From: Botryllus schlosseri
Lineage: Eukaryota
Direction of reading: 5' to 3'
Assembly (NCBI GenBank): GCA_051294905.1
Contig: CM119384.1
Location: 9,424,001 to 9,488,000, forward strand
Length of the DNA: 64,000 bases
A model generated the notes under the pieces. That model worked only from the letters and a program-made list of their open reading frames with translations. It did not search any database and was not told the DNA's origin. Shown piece by piece: positions 1 through 11,420 of this stretch; positions within the stretch are counted from its first letter, which is position 1; each line of letters starts with the position of its first letter. Both the position numbers and the translations under genes were made by a program.

Positions 1-863
1 GAAATTCAGCGATTCTGTTTGCAGGTGAATTTACTTTCGGAAGCCCTTTTCGTCAAAGGAGCCATTTTTAACCTTATATTTTCAATTGTCAATGCCAATC
101 CACTGTAACGTCACAATTAAAGATTCATGACATCATCGCTAAAAAGACATGTTTTAAACAAGGGCCCTTTTTTAAACATGTTTGTCTTAAATTTATTTTT
201 GTTTTAAATACAACCCTAGCTACACACTTTTATCCGATCCGATCCCAGATAAACCTTCAATGATTCGATATATTCCATTACTAATAGATTTGCAATGCTA
301 CACGTTACTTTCGTGGCCCCGCTTACAGGTAACGGGCATTGACAGTGGACAAGCCTACACATGCGGTGTTGTCTGACACCATTATAAGCCTCGAACTCAA
401 GTCTCAATTGAGACGACCAGAGCGTGAAATAAGCCTATGCCCAATTAGCAACATTTACGCCGATTGGGCGGGTTTCTTATATGGACACTAACCGACGATC
501 GAGCGAACTACTCAATCAATCATGTTGCAGAACTGACGATGTTGAACAACTTTCCGATGTATGGACTGGTGCGCTCACAAAGCCAAATAAGTTTTTGAAG
601 AAAATACGAGATCTCGGAGGCGGTTTTTCACTGCCCTTTTCAGGTGCTGATAATACGTAGCGGAAGCTATTTTACCTATTTATTAAACTACCTGACTATT
701 GGTTGGCTTCCGTTATTTATGAAATTCCCTTACCTCACGAAGTGTATCCGCAAAGATATCAGTTGCATAGGTAGTGCACACTTAATCCATGCCTCTTGGT
801 TTCTCCGTCATTGGCGGGTAGGCCTACCATTCAATGGCGTTCATGCCCGCTTTTTTGCTCCAG

Positions 864-1045
864 ACATCACTTTGCATAATCAGACGGTTGTCGAAATCAT
901 AAAGAGCAAACGCCGGTCCAGGGATCGCACGGGCTCGTCCTCTTTGCGGAAAGAAAAAGAAAGCAAGATGAAACTTCTACAGCACGGAATCATTTGGATG
1001 GAATATAACATGGCGATAGTTCATTCTTGTCGCAGCTATATTCAG
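864..1045 (+). CDS. C1q-like gene exon (ITLHNQ...KSKRRSRDR...GIIWMEYNMAIVHSCRSYIQ)
   Basis: ttttttgctccag acceptor, gtgtgg donor; IVHSC matches LVHSC of the last domain. Confidence 0.65.
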
Positions 1046-4000
1046 GTGTGGGTGTTTTTTTAGCGTGTAACTATAATTTATTATTGGATGATTGAGAGGA
1101 TCCTATATTGAAACGTTTTGCGGGTCTATAGATCCCAGGTTAAGAACCAATGCCTTCAACACGCTGTTACAGGTTTCTTTAATGATATCAAACGAAGATG
1201 ACCACGCGACAAATGATGGCGCCGTTTTAGGGCGCACGAGGTCGAGAATCGTTCATAGCGATTCATCTTACCGGTCTTTGGTCGCTACCAGATTGGAACA
1301 CACAACCGGTGACCGCTACAAATTCGTGAGCATGTCGGCGGTGGCCGAGATTCACCCGAAGCAAAATATTAAAGTAAGTATAGGATAAGTGGTTCTATCT
1401 TTGGAATATTGAGAAGTGCTTCTTCATCTTAACCTGGGTTCACACGAACCGCAGGAGTTCGCTGAGCTGGCTCCAGGGCTTTACTGGAGGTCAAGACATA
1501 CACCCAACTTTTTGACTTCGCGGACCCCTTTTGAACCGTCACGAAGTTCCGCGGACCCCCAAAGTTTTAGTTCAATTTTAGCTCCATTATCGCGCAACCG
1601 TCATCTGTTCTGTGCAAATATCAGTTGTAGGCTAGTGATAAACAGCAATAGAATAACAAATTAACCATTCATTAAAATGATATCATAGCCTACTATATAT
1701 GTAGAAATTCGGAAGGCTTTTATGATTTCAAAGCCAATTCTGTAGCTAAATTTCCTGCCTACGTGGCCATGTCTTGATAATCCGCGCCGGATATTTGATA
1801 TGAACCAATGCCGAACATTCATTTCCACAAAGATATAGGTGGTGGCGAACGTAATAATATCGCTCGACGCTTCCGACGATACCTTTGGCTATATGATCGC
1901 AACACAGGACATCAAAACTGAGAAACAGTTTTTAGTGTGAACAATGAACATATAACGTCCAGCATATAGTCATTTCTATCTAGCAGCTCTTCTTGAAGTT
2001 ATTCTGGAATAGCGGTTACGCATATCACAAGAGAACATGGATTTTTGCAATACAATATTTCCCAAATCCCCAACAAAACATCCCTAAACAGCAATATGTT
2101 TGTATGAGTTGGCCATTGGCGATTTGTAAATTAAAATGAGTTTGAACAGTTTTCTTTTAGCAGTAGCAGTTATGAAGCGAAACTGTGTCGTGATTTCTCT
2201 AATTTAAGAATATAAGAATTCGGTCATCAACCGCCGGTTGAGAACCACTGGTGTAAGATGTGTAATGTCGTAGACTCTTGTGGCTATAGGCGGGAATATG
2301 TGGTTCGCCGAAGGCTTGCATAATAGCGTAACCAGTAATGGTTCGCCAAATTGAAATTAGTAATGGTTCTGATATAATAGAGCCATCACAGGCCTGATAT
2401 AGGTGCATCAAATCCAAATCCACGGTCAACTCTGCTATCTAGCCTAATCGTATGGTAGATGAATGAACAGTATTCGATTGGAATGTCACTTTTAGCTATA
2501 GTAAGATACCGGAGAAAGGCACGCGCAGAAATGCGACTGCGAATTCACATCCGCATTTGACAGGTGGATTTCCGAAGCGCGCACAGCGACTGTGTGTCGA
2601 AGCCGAGCAAGGGTGACCGTTACGGCCTTCAAGCGATAGCCACAAATTCCAAATCAGGGCCGTTCAGTTTCTTATGGCTCTCGCACGACACCGGAGCCGT
2701 GGCTTTCCGGGCGACTCTCAAAAGCAGAAATGTATACTCGAATCTTCAAGCTGAGTTCAATCAAGTACGTTTTTCTTGAATTGTGTGCTTCTTTTATAAT
2801 TCGTATCACCGGGTACTATCGCCCGCTAAATTATGTATATTGCTATCTGAAATATATTTGCTGATAGTGTTGCCTGGAAACGATAAGGTCGGGAATAATT
2901 GTGCTATGTGCTTCTCACGCGATGAATAGGTCGATAAGCGACGTCACGAATTGTATGGGATCGTTTTACTCCTTGAAGATTGGACTGAAACATTGATATA
3001 ATTTTCTTAGTCATACATTCTTTAACCTATCTGTTGCATTCACAGGAATACGCGTCTGACCTACACGTTCTGCGAATGAGCACATCTGGAAGGTACTTTG
3101 AATTCAAAGAATCCGGAATTGTATTAGGAAGATATCACCAGGCTCTTTATAGTATAGGTGGGTATCATGTTAAGCTATATGGCTATATCTACTCCTATAC
3201 CTCGGCCTGCATGCTTCCCAAGGGACACCGTCTGAAACGGATGATGTTGCTACCTTTTGTGAAGTACATTTGCGTGTCTGATTTAAACTTTTAGGTTTTG
3301 TACCGTCAGTTAGATCAGTGTTTATCAATTGGTGTAGGCTACCAGGTGTCAAAGAAATTCGCAATATTTTGATAATAAATAGTATTTATACTAAAATATA
3401 GTTATTCTCTATCATCAGCGTGATTATGCCAGCAGCATTAGCTTCATTTAGCGCTAAACAGAATATGCGTTTTTGTTCTTCACACATACAACAGTGGCGC
3501 TTTTGCCTTTTGTGCCCGCCACAATGACTTTGCAATGTCCAGTGTATTTGACTTTGTAATCTTTCGAACGACTTTCACACCGGCGCTCTTTCAAGATTAG
3601 TTCGTCTGTCTCGTTTTCATACGTCCATTAGGGCTGTTCAAAAATAACTTTCTTCCCGGATTCCAGCCATTCACTGATTAAATTGTCAAGTTACCCTAAA
3701 AAAAAACGCTGCACACCAAATTTGGTTCAATTCTATCAAGTATAAGCCTCCGTTGATCCAATTAAAATTTTTATTTAATTAAGAAAAATAAAAAAAAAAG
3801 TCAAATTTTTCTGTCAACTCCATGAAATTGTTGGGTTGTCTTCAAAGACGATGCGAAACAAAAGTGACTCAATTCCAACTGGTAGAATCGGAGTTATTTG
3901 AGTTTTTCGTCAATAATTCTCGGATTGGTTGATTGGTGGATAATCCGATAATTATCAACGAAAAACTCAAATAAATCCGCTCTACTATAGTTGGAATGGC

Positions 4001-5955
4001 TGGAATCCGGGAAAAAAGTTATTTTTGAACAGACCTAACGTCCTTATCTTCGTCTCTGCTGCCGACTTTTTGGGCCCGGCTTACCTTCACTCTGGCCTTT
4101 AGGTACACTGAATTCTTCTTGAAGTCAGCGATGTTGAGACGGTATTGACTAGTCAAATTTCGAATGCGACCATATACGCTCGCCTTTAATTATTTTCTTT
4201 GATGTTATTCTATTAGCGACGATGTTTGACTGGATAAGAGATTCACATTGTCTGGTGCTGATAAGGCCGAAAGACACTGGGCGATGCTGGATTGTGACGT
4301 TACATTGAGAACGTTGTGTCAAAAATTTATGAGTTCAATTTCGAATTCGTTCGCATTTCTAGGCGACTCTTGCGTGGAGCAAGGCTACTCAACATCGTGT
4401 GTCATGGAAAAACATGAGGGGGAAGAGGAGACAGAAGCGTTGTTCCGGTCGCATAAATCGGGGGTGACTTACACAGACACGTCGGTGTCATTGACTTTCA
4501 TGACCGCGGTGGAGGCCGGGGACCGAATCGCTCTCAATATCGACACTCCGACCAGATGCCAAGTATGTTCTTAATGCTATATTGGGATTCGTGGTCAAAG
4601 TAGTAAGCGTACACTCAAGTAGAAGTAGAAGTAGTCTTAAGACACTTGAGTAAGTAGTGAAAGTGGGCAAAAGTACTTCAAAAGTAGACTTATTCCGTTA
4701 ATGATCACCTCCGAACACACAAGAATTCGTGATGCGGTTGCAACACAGCATGACTTCGTACCTGATCGTTTCCCATCCGCCTACTTTTTTACTATACGTT
4801 CAGATTCGCTACATGACCGACCCGAACCTTGGCGTTGCGAATCTTCTCTGGATACCGAGGCATAGCGGCTCTTCGCTGACAGCGCGTTTGAACTATCGCG
4901 ATGAGATCAACGGCAGTGTCCGTTCCAGAGTTCTTACATTCGTGGAAACGCAAAATATCGACCCGTCGAAACTGTCGCTGCGGTCGAAGGCGTACTTTGA
5001 GTTCAAGGTGAGATGTGATGTGCTCGTATGTCCAGATTGTCCACGGACCGACTCCGACCTCTAACACTTAAATCATATGGGGACTCCCTGGCAATACCGC
5101 ATCTAATCTCAGGCAATTAATAATGATCTCATTTATGACTAGCACGGTCATTATAAATTCCTTCTGTATTTCACGTGGTTGACGTAATTAATGAACTCTC
5201 TATCGTACCTCGTTCACAGGAAGCAGGTCGCGTTCACATCCACTATTCTACAAGACTCGTGCATTCCTGTGATTACGTGAAATTAGCTTTACACTACACT
5301 GGTAACGCGGCGGGGTCTACGAACTCTTCAGAAATCGCTCAGCAGGTAGCTTGAGATCAGTAGTTTGTTCGTTTTGTACGATTTGGCGTGAACCTTTGTA
5401 TGGGTCCATGGCGTGTGAGTAGCCAGAATATAAATTATAGCCCAAGTCCGGATAAATGGAAGGGCGTCGCGGATAGATTGTGCCGTATCGCCAAAGGTGA
5501 AGCCACAAAATCATACATTTGGAATAGGAAGCATCTGCGTCCAGGTACAACGAACGACTCGAAACACTATTCTACTATCTGGCTCCACATTACTTCTCTG
5601 ATTTTGAAGTAAACTGGTAACTTGTGTTATGGCAAATATGCCTATGCGGATTACAATATCGGCTGGGGCGATGCACTCTATATTGCTATCTGCTACAGAG
5701 TATGTTGAAAATATAAGATTTGTTTTTAGCAGTTCGAAAAGTATGTTCTTCTTATTCGCTTCACACATCTCGTTGATACTATTTCAGATTCTTGGTGATA
5801 CCGATGGACACTGGGACGGTATATCAATCGGAACTTCCTACACCGTGGAAAGGGGTTCCATGTGCCACGCCACACTGACATGCACGAGGGGTAGAGTGAG
5901 CAGAATGTCCTACGGGGAATGGAGCACCATGTCAATATTATGGATTCCACTATGA
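864..5955 (+). CDS. Multi-exon gene model: protein with >=3 tandem divergent C1q/TNF-like domains; exons 864-1045, 1173-1373, 2564-2764, 3046-3157, 4363-4562, 4804-5007, 5220-5345, 5788-5955; 5' end unresolved
   Basis: Eight AG/GT-bounded exons join in frame (phases 1-0-0-0-1-0-0-0) into about 463 aa plus stop. Repeated C1q-like elements: VAFRATL / SLTARL (strand A), YFEFKESG / YFEFKEAG / MKLLQHG (B-C), EAGDRI / GDRY (F-G), FSFLWL / ANLLWIP / MSILWIPL* (H). The family call is from motif recognition only. Confidence 0.7.
1173..1373 (+). CDS. C1q-like gene exon (VSLMIS...TGDRYKF...QNIK)
   Basis: ttacag acceptor, gtaagt donor, 201 nt phase 0-0, open frame. Confidence 0.75.
1388..2250. mobile_element. 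hAT MITE (CAGTGGTTCTCAACC family), left end degenerate, in a C1q-gene intron
   Basis: Ends ggttgagaaccactg at 2250; gcggacccc subterminal motifs; interior similar to 25589-26572. Confidence 0.7.
2564..2764 (+). CDS. C1q-like gene exon (VDFRSA...GPFSFLWLSHDTGAVAFRATL...EFNQ)
   Basis: tttgacag acceptor, gtacgt donor, 201 nt phase 0-0. Confidence 0.75.
3046..3157 (+). CDS. C1q-like gene exon (EYASDL...GRYFEFKESGIVLGRYHQALYSI)
   Basis: cattcacag acceptor, gtgggt donor, phase 0-1. Confidence 0.75.
3629..4037. mobile_element. hAT-like MITE with about 45-bp TIRs (TAGGGCTGTTCAAAAATAAC...)
   Basis: Long inverted termini; 8-bp flanks acgtccat / acgtcctt. Confidence 0.8.
4363..4562 (+). CDS. C1q-like gene exon (DSCVEQ...VSLTFMTAVEAGDRIALNIDTPTRCQ)
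   Basis: catttctag acceptor, gtatgt donor, phase 1-0. Confidence 0.8.
4804..5007 (+). CDS. C1q-like gene exon (IRYMTD...ANLLWIPRHSGSSLTARL...KAYFEFK)
   Basis: acgttcag acceptor, gtgaga donor, 204 nt; only frame 0 is open. Confidence 0.8.
5220..5345 (+). CDS. C1q-like gene exon (EAGRVHIHYSTRLVHSCDYVKLAL...IAQQ)
   Basis: cgttcacag acceptor, gtagct donor, 126 nt phase 0-0. Confidence 0.75.
5788..5955 (+). CDS. C1q-like gene terminal exon (ILGDTD...WSTMSILWIPL*)
   Basis: tatttcag acceptor, TGA at 5953-5955; ends on an H-strand-like motif. Confidence 0.8.
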   Translation: MLGDTDGHWDGISIGTSYTVERGSMCHATLTCTRGRVSRMSYGEWSTMSILWIPL

Positions 5956-6740
5956 GTTTCTGGTCGCACTAGTTCTATTATTTTTATTGTAATTGCGTCA
6001 TTTTCTATTTTCCAGTATTCCGCAAAATAGCCCAACATTGTTAAATATATTTTCTTCCTGTTTGTATATCGTCCAATATCGCTGATATTCTTTTGCACGA
6101 TAAGAATAGGAATGTTAAACCGGGACTTCGGGACTTGAGCCAGAAAAATGACATTTTTTAGTCAACCAACGAAAAATCTCATAGAAAGCCGGGAATTCGG
6201 GATTTGAGTGAGTAGGAAAGATGACCCTGTTTTTAGTCGGGAAAAAATTACCATTTTTTCAGAATTTTTCTCCGATATTGTAAGTCTGAAAATTCTGAAA
6301 AGGTGTCCTCTTTTCAGATTTCCAAAATATGGTAACCCTAGACCCCCAAGTAATCAAATAATTAATACAAATTGTCAAAGACTTTTAGTGTCGGTCAGAA
6401 ACGATACTAAATCTTTTGGCTGTCTGTTTTAGAACGCTTCTTCCAGATAAATACAATAGCTTATGAATTTAAAAATGTATAGATCTATCACGGCAGTAAT
6501 TACGTAAATGATTTAGCAACGTAGAAGGTAGAATCCTAATAATCATGTACGCGCCGAAGCGCCATCGCATGATGTATGTTCGCGAAAATGGCCAGATTCT
6601 ACTATTTTCAAGTAAAAATTGGGGGATACGGTAGGTGTTTGCCAGTCTTCCGAATTGTTTCGACACTTTTCAGTCTTTACAAGGTACCACTGTGTTAACG
6701 GGAAACAGCACTACAGAAATTTTCTCGTCTTTGGCGATTC

Positions 6741-6767
6741 GAGAGAGAGAGAGAGAGAGAGAGAGAG
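6741..6767. repeat. (GA)n microsatellite
   Basis: Direct reading. Confidence 0.95.
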
Positions 6768-6831
6768 TCTTTATTCTGCAATCGTAACGAAACGCAAAAA
6801 ATAATAAACGTTAGACGTCTTTTGAAGGCGG

Positions 6832-7485
6832 TCACGACAAATTACATATCTCCGGATACTTCGGCTTGTGGCACTCCAAATACGAATACTTCTCGCGTTT
6901 CCCGTCGCATTTGCTATCGCTGATATAAAATTTCGTCTCCTCCGGCCCACCGCCCCTCTCCACGGCGGCCCGTCCGAACAGGCTGCCGTGCGTAAGAAAT
7001 TTTGCGTCGCACATCCCGATCAGAAAGAACTCCGCAATCGTTTTGTGTAGCTTCTCGCGAACCACGTCCTCTCTCGATTCTGCGCGCGAAACGTGCATCA
7101 CGTGGATGGCAGAGTCGTTCAGAGTGACTACCTCGAGGCTAAAATCTCCGGAATGTCGCCGCAAATCCGCGATCGCGTTTTGCTTGGTCTGGTCGTGGTC
7201 TGAAGTGACAAATACAACAAATTTGACCATGCGGTCGCCCGCTCTTTTCTGGTATTGCTCCGCGTAGTTTCGGAAGCACGAGACGAAAATCTTTTCGTCG
7301 CCCGGCGACAGGAACTGATTGTATTCGCCGATCCCGGTACGCATCACCACTGCTACCTTGTGGAGGATTTGATCGTCCGGTAGTTCGGCGTCGCTGAACG
7401 GGCCGTCACGGACGGTCCTTATAATTTTTTCGACTTTTTTCGCAGGTTGCAAAAAGTAATCGTTGATGCTTTGATAATCGGTGTG
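6832..7485 (-). CDS. FucT-like exon 4 (GDP-fucose-binding C-terminal domain)
   Basis: attcacag acceptor, 654 nt to stop; contains the listed 206-aa ORF. Confidence 0.9.
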   Translation of the reverse strand, partial: HTDYQSINDYFLQPAKKVEKIIRTVRDGPFSDAELPDDQILHKVAVVMRTGIGEYNQFLSPGDEKIFVSCFRNYAEQYQKRAGDRMVKFVVFVTSDHDQTKQNAIADLRRHSGDFSLEVVTLNDSAIHVMHVSRAESREDVVREKLHKTIAEFFLIGMCDAKFLTHGSLFGRAAVERGGGPEETKFYISDSKCDGKREKYSYLECHKPKYPEICNLS

Positions 7486-10400
7486 CTGTGAATAATATAA
7501 AATGATACCAAGGTTTTAGAACCAAGGTTTAGACTGCGACTTTTCGCGTACCTCTTCTCGATGCTGTGTGATGCATCAGTAATATAGTCGTATTTGTAAA
7601 GCATATGTCAGTTTTGACTTCGCCTTTATTGCTATGCGACAGCACAATAGCATAACTAATATATCTATCACTTTATGACTAGTCATTACCGGATTTGAAC
7701 TTGGTTTTGTTTATGTTATGAATGGAATTATGGATTACGAAATTTCATTTCCGCTCAACTCCGCCCATACACCATTCGACACACGGTCGATTCTAGTATA
7801 TTGTGGATGATTGTTGGCGACGTCGTGCTATTTATGAAACGGTGTAGCCAACTCACGAAATCCCAACGTTCCGCATCTTTTGTTAATGGATGATTGGTTG
7901 TGATATGACCGTGCAAAAACGAGGAAGGGTCATCTTCCAGTGGACAGATGAGCGGTTTTCCCGATTTCGTCTTCATCTTGACAACCTCTTGATAGTTGTA
8001 ACGAAATGGCAATGACTTGAACATCACAGACCACGGGTACGGCTTCCAGTCGATGAAAAACAGCCTGTTAGGGTTCAGTAGGGTAAATTGTTGAGTTTCA
8101 AGCAGTACTGTGTTGTGCAGATACAGTTAGTTGTGCTGTTTGGTTGCCATCGTGGCTATAGCAGGACATTTGGTAAGTCATCAATAGTCGCCATAGTTAC
8201 GCTATCCGACAAGAAAGAGTATAACTTGTCGATGTTTCATGCAAGAGGTTTGCTTAACTTTTACAATCATATAATGATATCGGATCTGATATAATGTGCA
8301 ATTGTATGAACGAAAATTGCTGAGAGACATTGCACTACTGAAGACATAGAGAGGTATAGACGGAGGGTTGCATTTAAAGCAAACGGCGCTTTAATACATT
8401 TTATTTATTGCATGTTTTAAACAGTGTTTTGAAAAAAATACCATTTAAAAACAACAACATTTTTTTCAAAAAGTTGTAAATGACGCCATAATTGTGTAAA
8501 TTAGTGTTACCATATTTTGGAATATGGATTGGAGGACACTGTTATCAAATCATAAAAGTTAGTTTACCGAAATTGAAAACAGCTGATTTTGTTATTTCTA
8601 CTGGAAATCTTGCTGTGTTGACTAAAAAGAATAGGTCCTCACTTTGGCTAGACTACCGAATTTCCCGCCTTTAACGTTACTTTTGTTGTGTTGACTAAAA
8701 AAAGGTCATTCTTCAGATCTTACTCTCGCGTAACCCGGCATCTATCTTTCAGGCAGAAATTTAACGTCTTACGTGGTCTTTCAGGGCCTTTTAGGCTGAA
8801 AAGGAGGGCAAATTCTCTTAAAGCAGGGCGTATGGTAACCCTGTAAATACTAAACATGTAGTATGAGCCTACGGACGATTTACACCCGATTTTGTCGACG
8901 TAGATGGTTGGAAGCCTCGAAATCGTCATCGGTTCAACAGTTATGACATGTAGTTTTAAATCATTGGTACTGAATGGATGTTCTTCCGATGATATGACCC
9001 CGACCGAAAAAATGATGCATTACAATGTAGACCTGGTCAGAGATATTTTCGGCTCGTTTAAGAAGGTCGGAAGCCTTTTTCGAAAAAAGAGCCATATTCA
9101 ACCTATATTTTCAATTGTCAATGTCATTCGACTGTGACGTCACATATAATAAAACAACAACAACAAAAAGTAACAATAAAATATGGGGCATGTTTGAAAC
9201 ATGATTGTTTTAAATTGATTTTTGTTTTAAATTCAACTCGATGTATACACGAAACGCACGAGTATGAAATCAGCACAATGAGAACATCTCCTTCTGGTAG
9301 CGTCAGCGCGTGAAGATTTATGGTGGTCCGATGGGGATGGGGTTGCTCACCTTCCTGATCTCAGTGCATATAAATATCCGGTGGTTAACGCTCCTATGCT
9401 GTCGCCGAGACCGGCATTGGGCGTGAACACAACTGTCTTCTTAGACTTGCACGGTATTTCGTCGTTTTGAAGAGCGCTTTCGTGCCAATTGCTATACTTT
9501 TCCGCCAAGCTGTATATGAAGATATGAGATATCTATAAGACTGCGTTTGCATAATTGAAACTTTACTAGGCGAATAATATTCACCATATTCACTAAAGTA
9601 ACCATAATACATATATAACACAGTTCCGTGCGATGGAGACGTTCGGTGTTCCAAAACGTGGCCGTCTGCCCTCCATCATAGGTCACGGAGCGAGTTCAAG
9701 CAAGCCTGATTACTGATTAACTTCGTTATGATCATATTTAGGTGGTTCAAAGTTAAGCTAGGGTTTCGCATCGGAGAATTTCTTTTACAAGAGCATTTGC
9801 GACAAAAATAACTGGAATCCGGTATTTTTCAATGTCAACGACTATATTCGTACCGTTTGACCCGAGATACAAACTATAATTTACGAAATATCTAGCGATG
9901 ATATCGTCGAATCGGTCCAAAAGAACGAAGTGCTGGATATGGATATGCAAGGCAGAGGTGGTCAAAGTAGTCAAGAAAGCTACTCCAGTAGAAGTAGCGA
10001 CGAAAAAAATCTACTCAGGTACGAGTAGAAGTAGTACTTTTGAAAGCAATCTAAAACTACTTCAAGTAGGCTAGAAGTAGGATTATTGACTGGCTTTAAA
10101 TCATTTCTAAAACATGTCTAACTCTCGAAATAATCGGAGACCACTTTTCCAGATTAGGACACGCTGTGTGTTGCTAGATGGCGAAACGGAAGTTCGAAAC
10201 GTTTTGATGAGCCGTATTTACTGTGATGAAACATATGTCATATGGGCGACAACGCGGTGTGAACTGAACCACACAACCCGCTTATACTTCAATTATATTC
10301 ACAGATACTTTTGTGAGAACACTGTCACCCCATAGCTACTTTGCGCGAAGCGCGACGAAAATTCTAGGTTTTACTTGACTTTGATTATTGAAAATTAAAA

Positions 10401-11420
10401 GCAATTACTGCAAGTATTGGAAAACTACTTGAGTAGGCCTACTTCGAAAAAGTACTTCATTACTGACCAGCTCTGATGGAAGGGAATGTATTGGAATTCA
10501 TTAGAAGCTTTAGTCATAACTAAACTAATACGCACGTTTGATATAACTCTGGGACTTATACAACGTGATACCAGAAACTATCATATAACCCACGAGAACC
10601 TACAGAAAACTTGGTTTCAAATTTTTTTATACGCAGAACGGACTCTTGGAGTTGTATGTGTTGTATTAGTAGAATTATTCTGCGTCTTATTTATAATTTT
10701 ATTTTTAAGTTTTACGCTCGATCTGCTCCTCGTATGACGTGTTTCAACATGATGTAGTGTCATGCATTTTCTAAACATCCCTCTATGACGACATTATACA
10801 TGTTATGATAGTGAAAAGCACCATTAAATATATATGGCGCGTCTTTATAATACCATTTCTCGATTCGCGTTCTGTCTTCGTGCACTTTATCATGATAAAT
10901 TTCGTGCGTCAAGCCTTGATTACTGTGATTGCAGTTCTGCTGAGATCCTTGGTAGTACTATACAACCATTTATCTTCGTAATAGTTGCGCGACTACGGAA
11001 ATATCGTCTCTCTACATGTGATTGGAAGAAATGTCGCCTCGGCATGGAGAAGCAAGAAATTTGTTTACATTATGTCGGGTTTGTCTCAAAAAAAGTGTAT
11101 ATTAACCCGACCGTCAGCAATACCACATAACAAAAACTATAGCCTGTAGCTGAATATTACGGATCCACGAATAGCTACCAGATTGTGATTGCAGTCCCTA
11201 GAGCTCCATAAACATCAGCCTACCGGTCGAAAGCAATCCATTTATCTTTGCTTGTTACACGGAACGGCAACCACGCGTCTCTTGAATTTTGATCGCCGAT
11301 TGTCGAAGAACAGTCGGCTCCATCCTCACAAACGGGATTATCGTCACACTGACACGATACTGCCAACAATAGCAGATATAAAACAAAGCAATTTCTTCTG
11401 CTGAAGCAAAACCCAGCCAT
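6832..11420 (-). CDS. Fucosyltransferase-like glycosyltransferase (alpha-1,2 / alpha-1,6 / O-FucT GT-B superfamily; NodZ/GT23/GT37-like), 405 aa, 4 exons: 11420-11224, 9509-9351, 8064-7857, 7485-6832
   Basis: Exons total 1218 nt in frame. N-terminal hydrophobic anchor (FVLYLLLLAVSC), NAGLGDSIGAL...ALRSGRLFFIDW, motif I-like KVAVVMRTG, motif II-like FVVFVTSD, motif III-like EFFLIGMCDAKFLTHGSLFG. Confidence 0.85.
7857..8064 (-). CDS. FucT-like exon 3 (LFFIDWKPYPW...AERWDF)
   Basis: ctaacag acceptor, gtgagt donor, phase 2-0. Confidence 0.85.
9351..9509 (-). CDS. FucT-like exon 2 (GLGD motif)
   Basis: atacag acceptor, gtgagc donor, 159 nt phase 2-2. Confidence 0.9.
9953..10475. mobile_element. 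hAT MITE (CAGAGGTGGTCA TIR, AGTAGA-rich) in FucT intron 1
   Basis: TIRs cagaggtggtca / tgaccagctctg; flanks atgcaagg / atggaagg. Confidence 0.85.
11224..11420 (-). CDS. FucT-like exon 1 (signal anchor/peptide)
   Basis: ATG at 11420 (MAGFCFSRRNCFVLYLLLLAV), gtaggc donor, phase 2. Confidence 0.8.

Noticed and set aside
330-770. Candidate 5' exons of the C1q-like gene (ATG 481-558 plus 644-770) and a C1q-H-strand-like YADWAGFLYGH* reading ending near 490
   Set aside because: Phases can be made to fit, but the splice sites are weak, there is no clear signal peptide or TM, and several incompatible readings exist.
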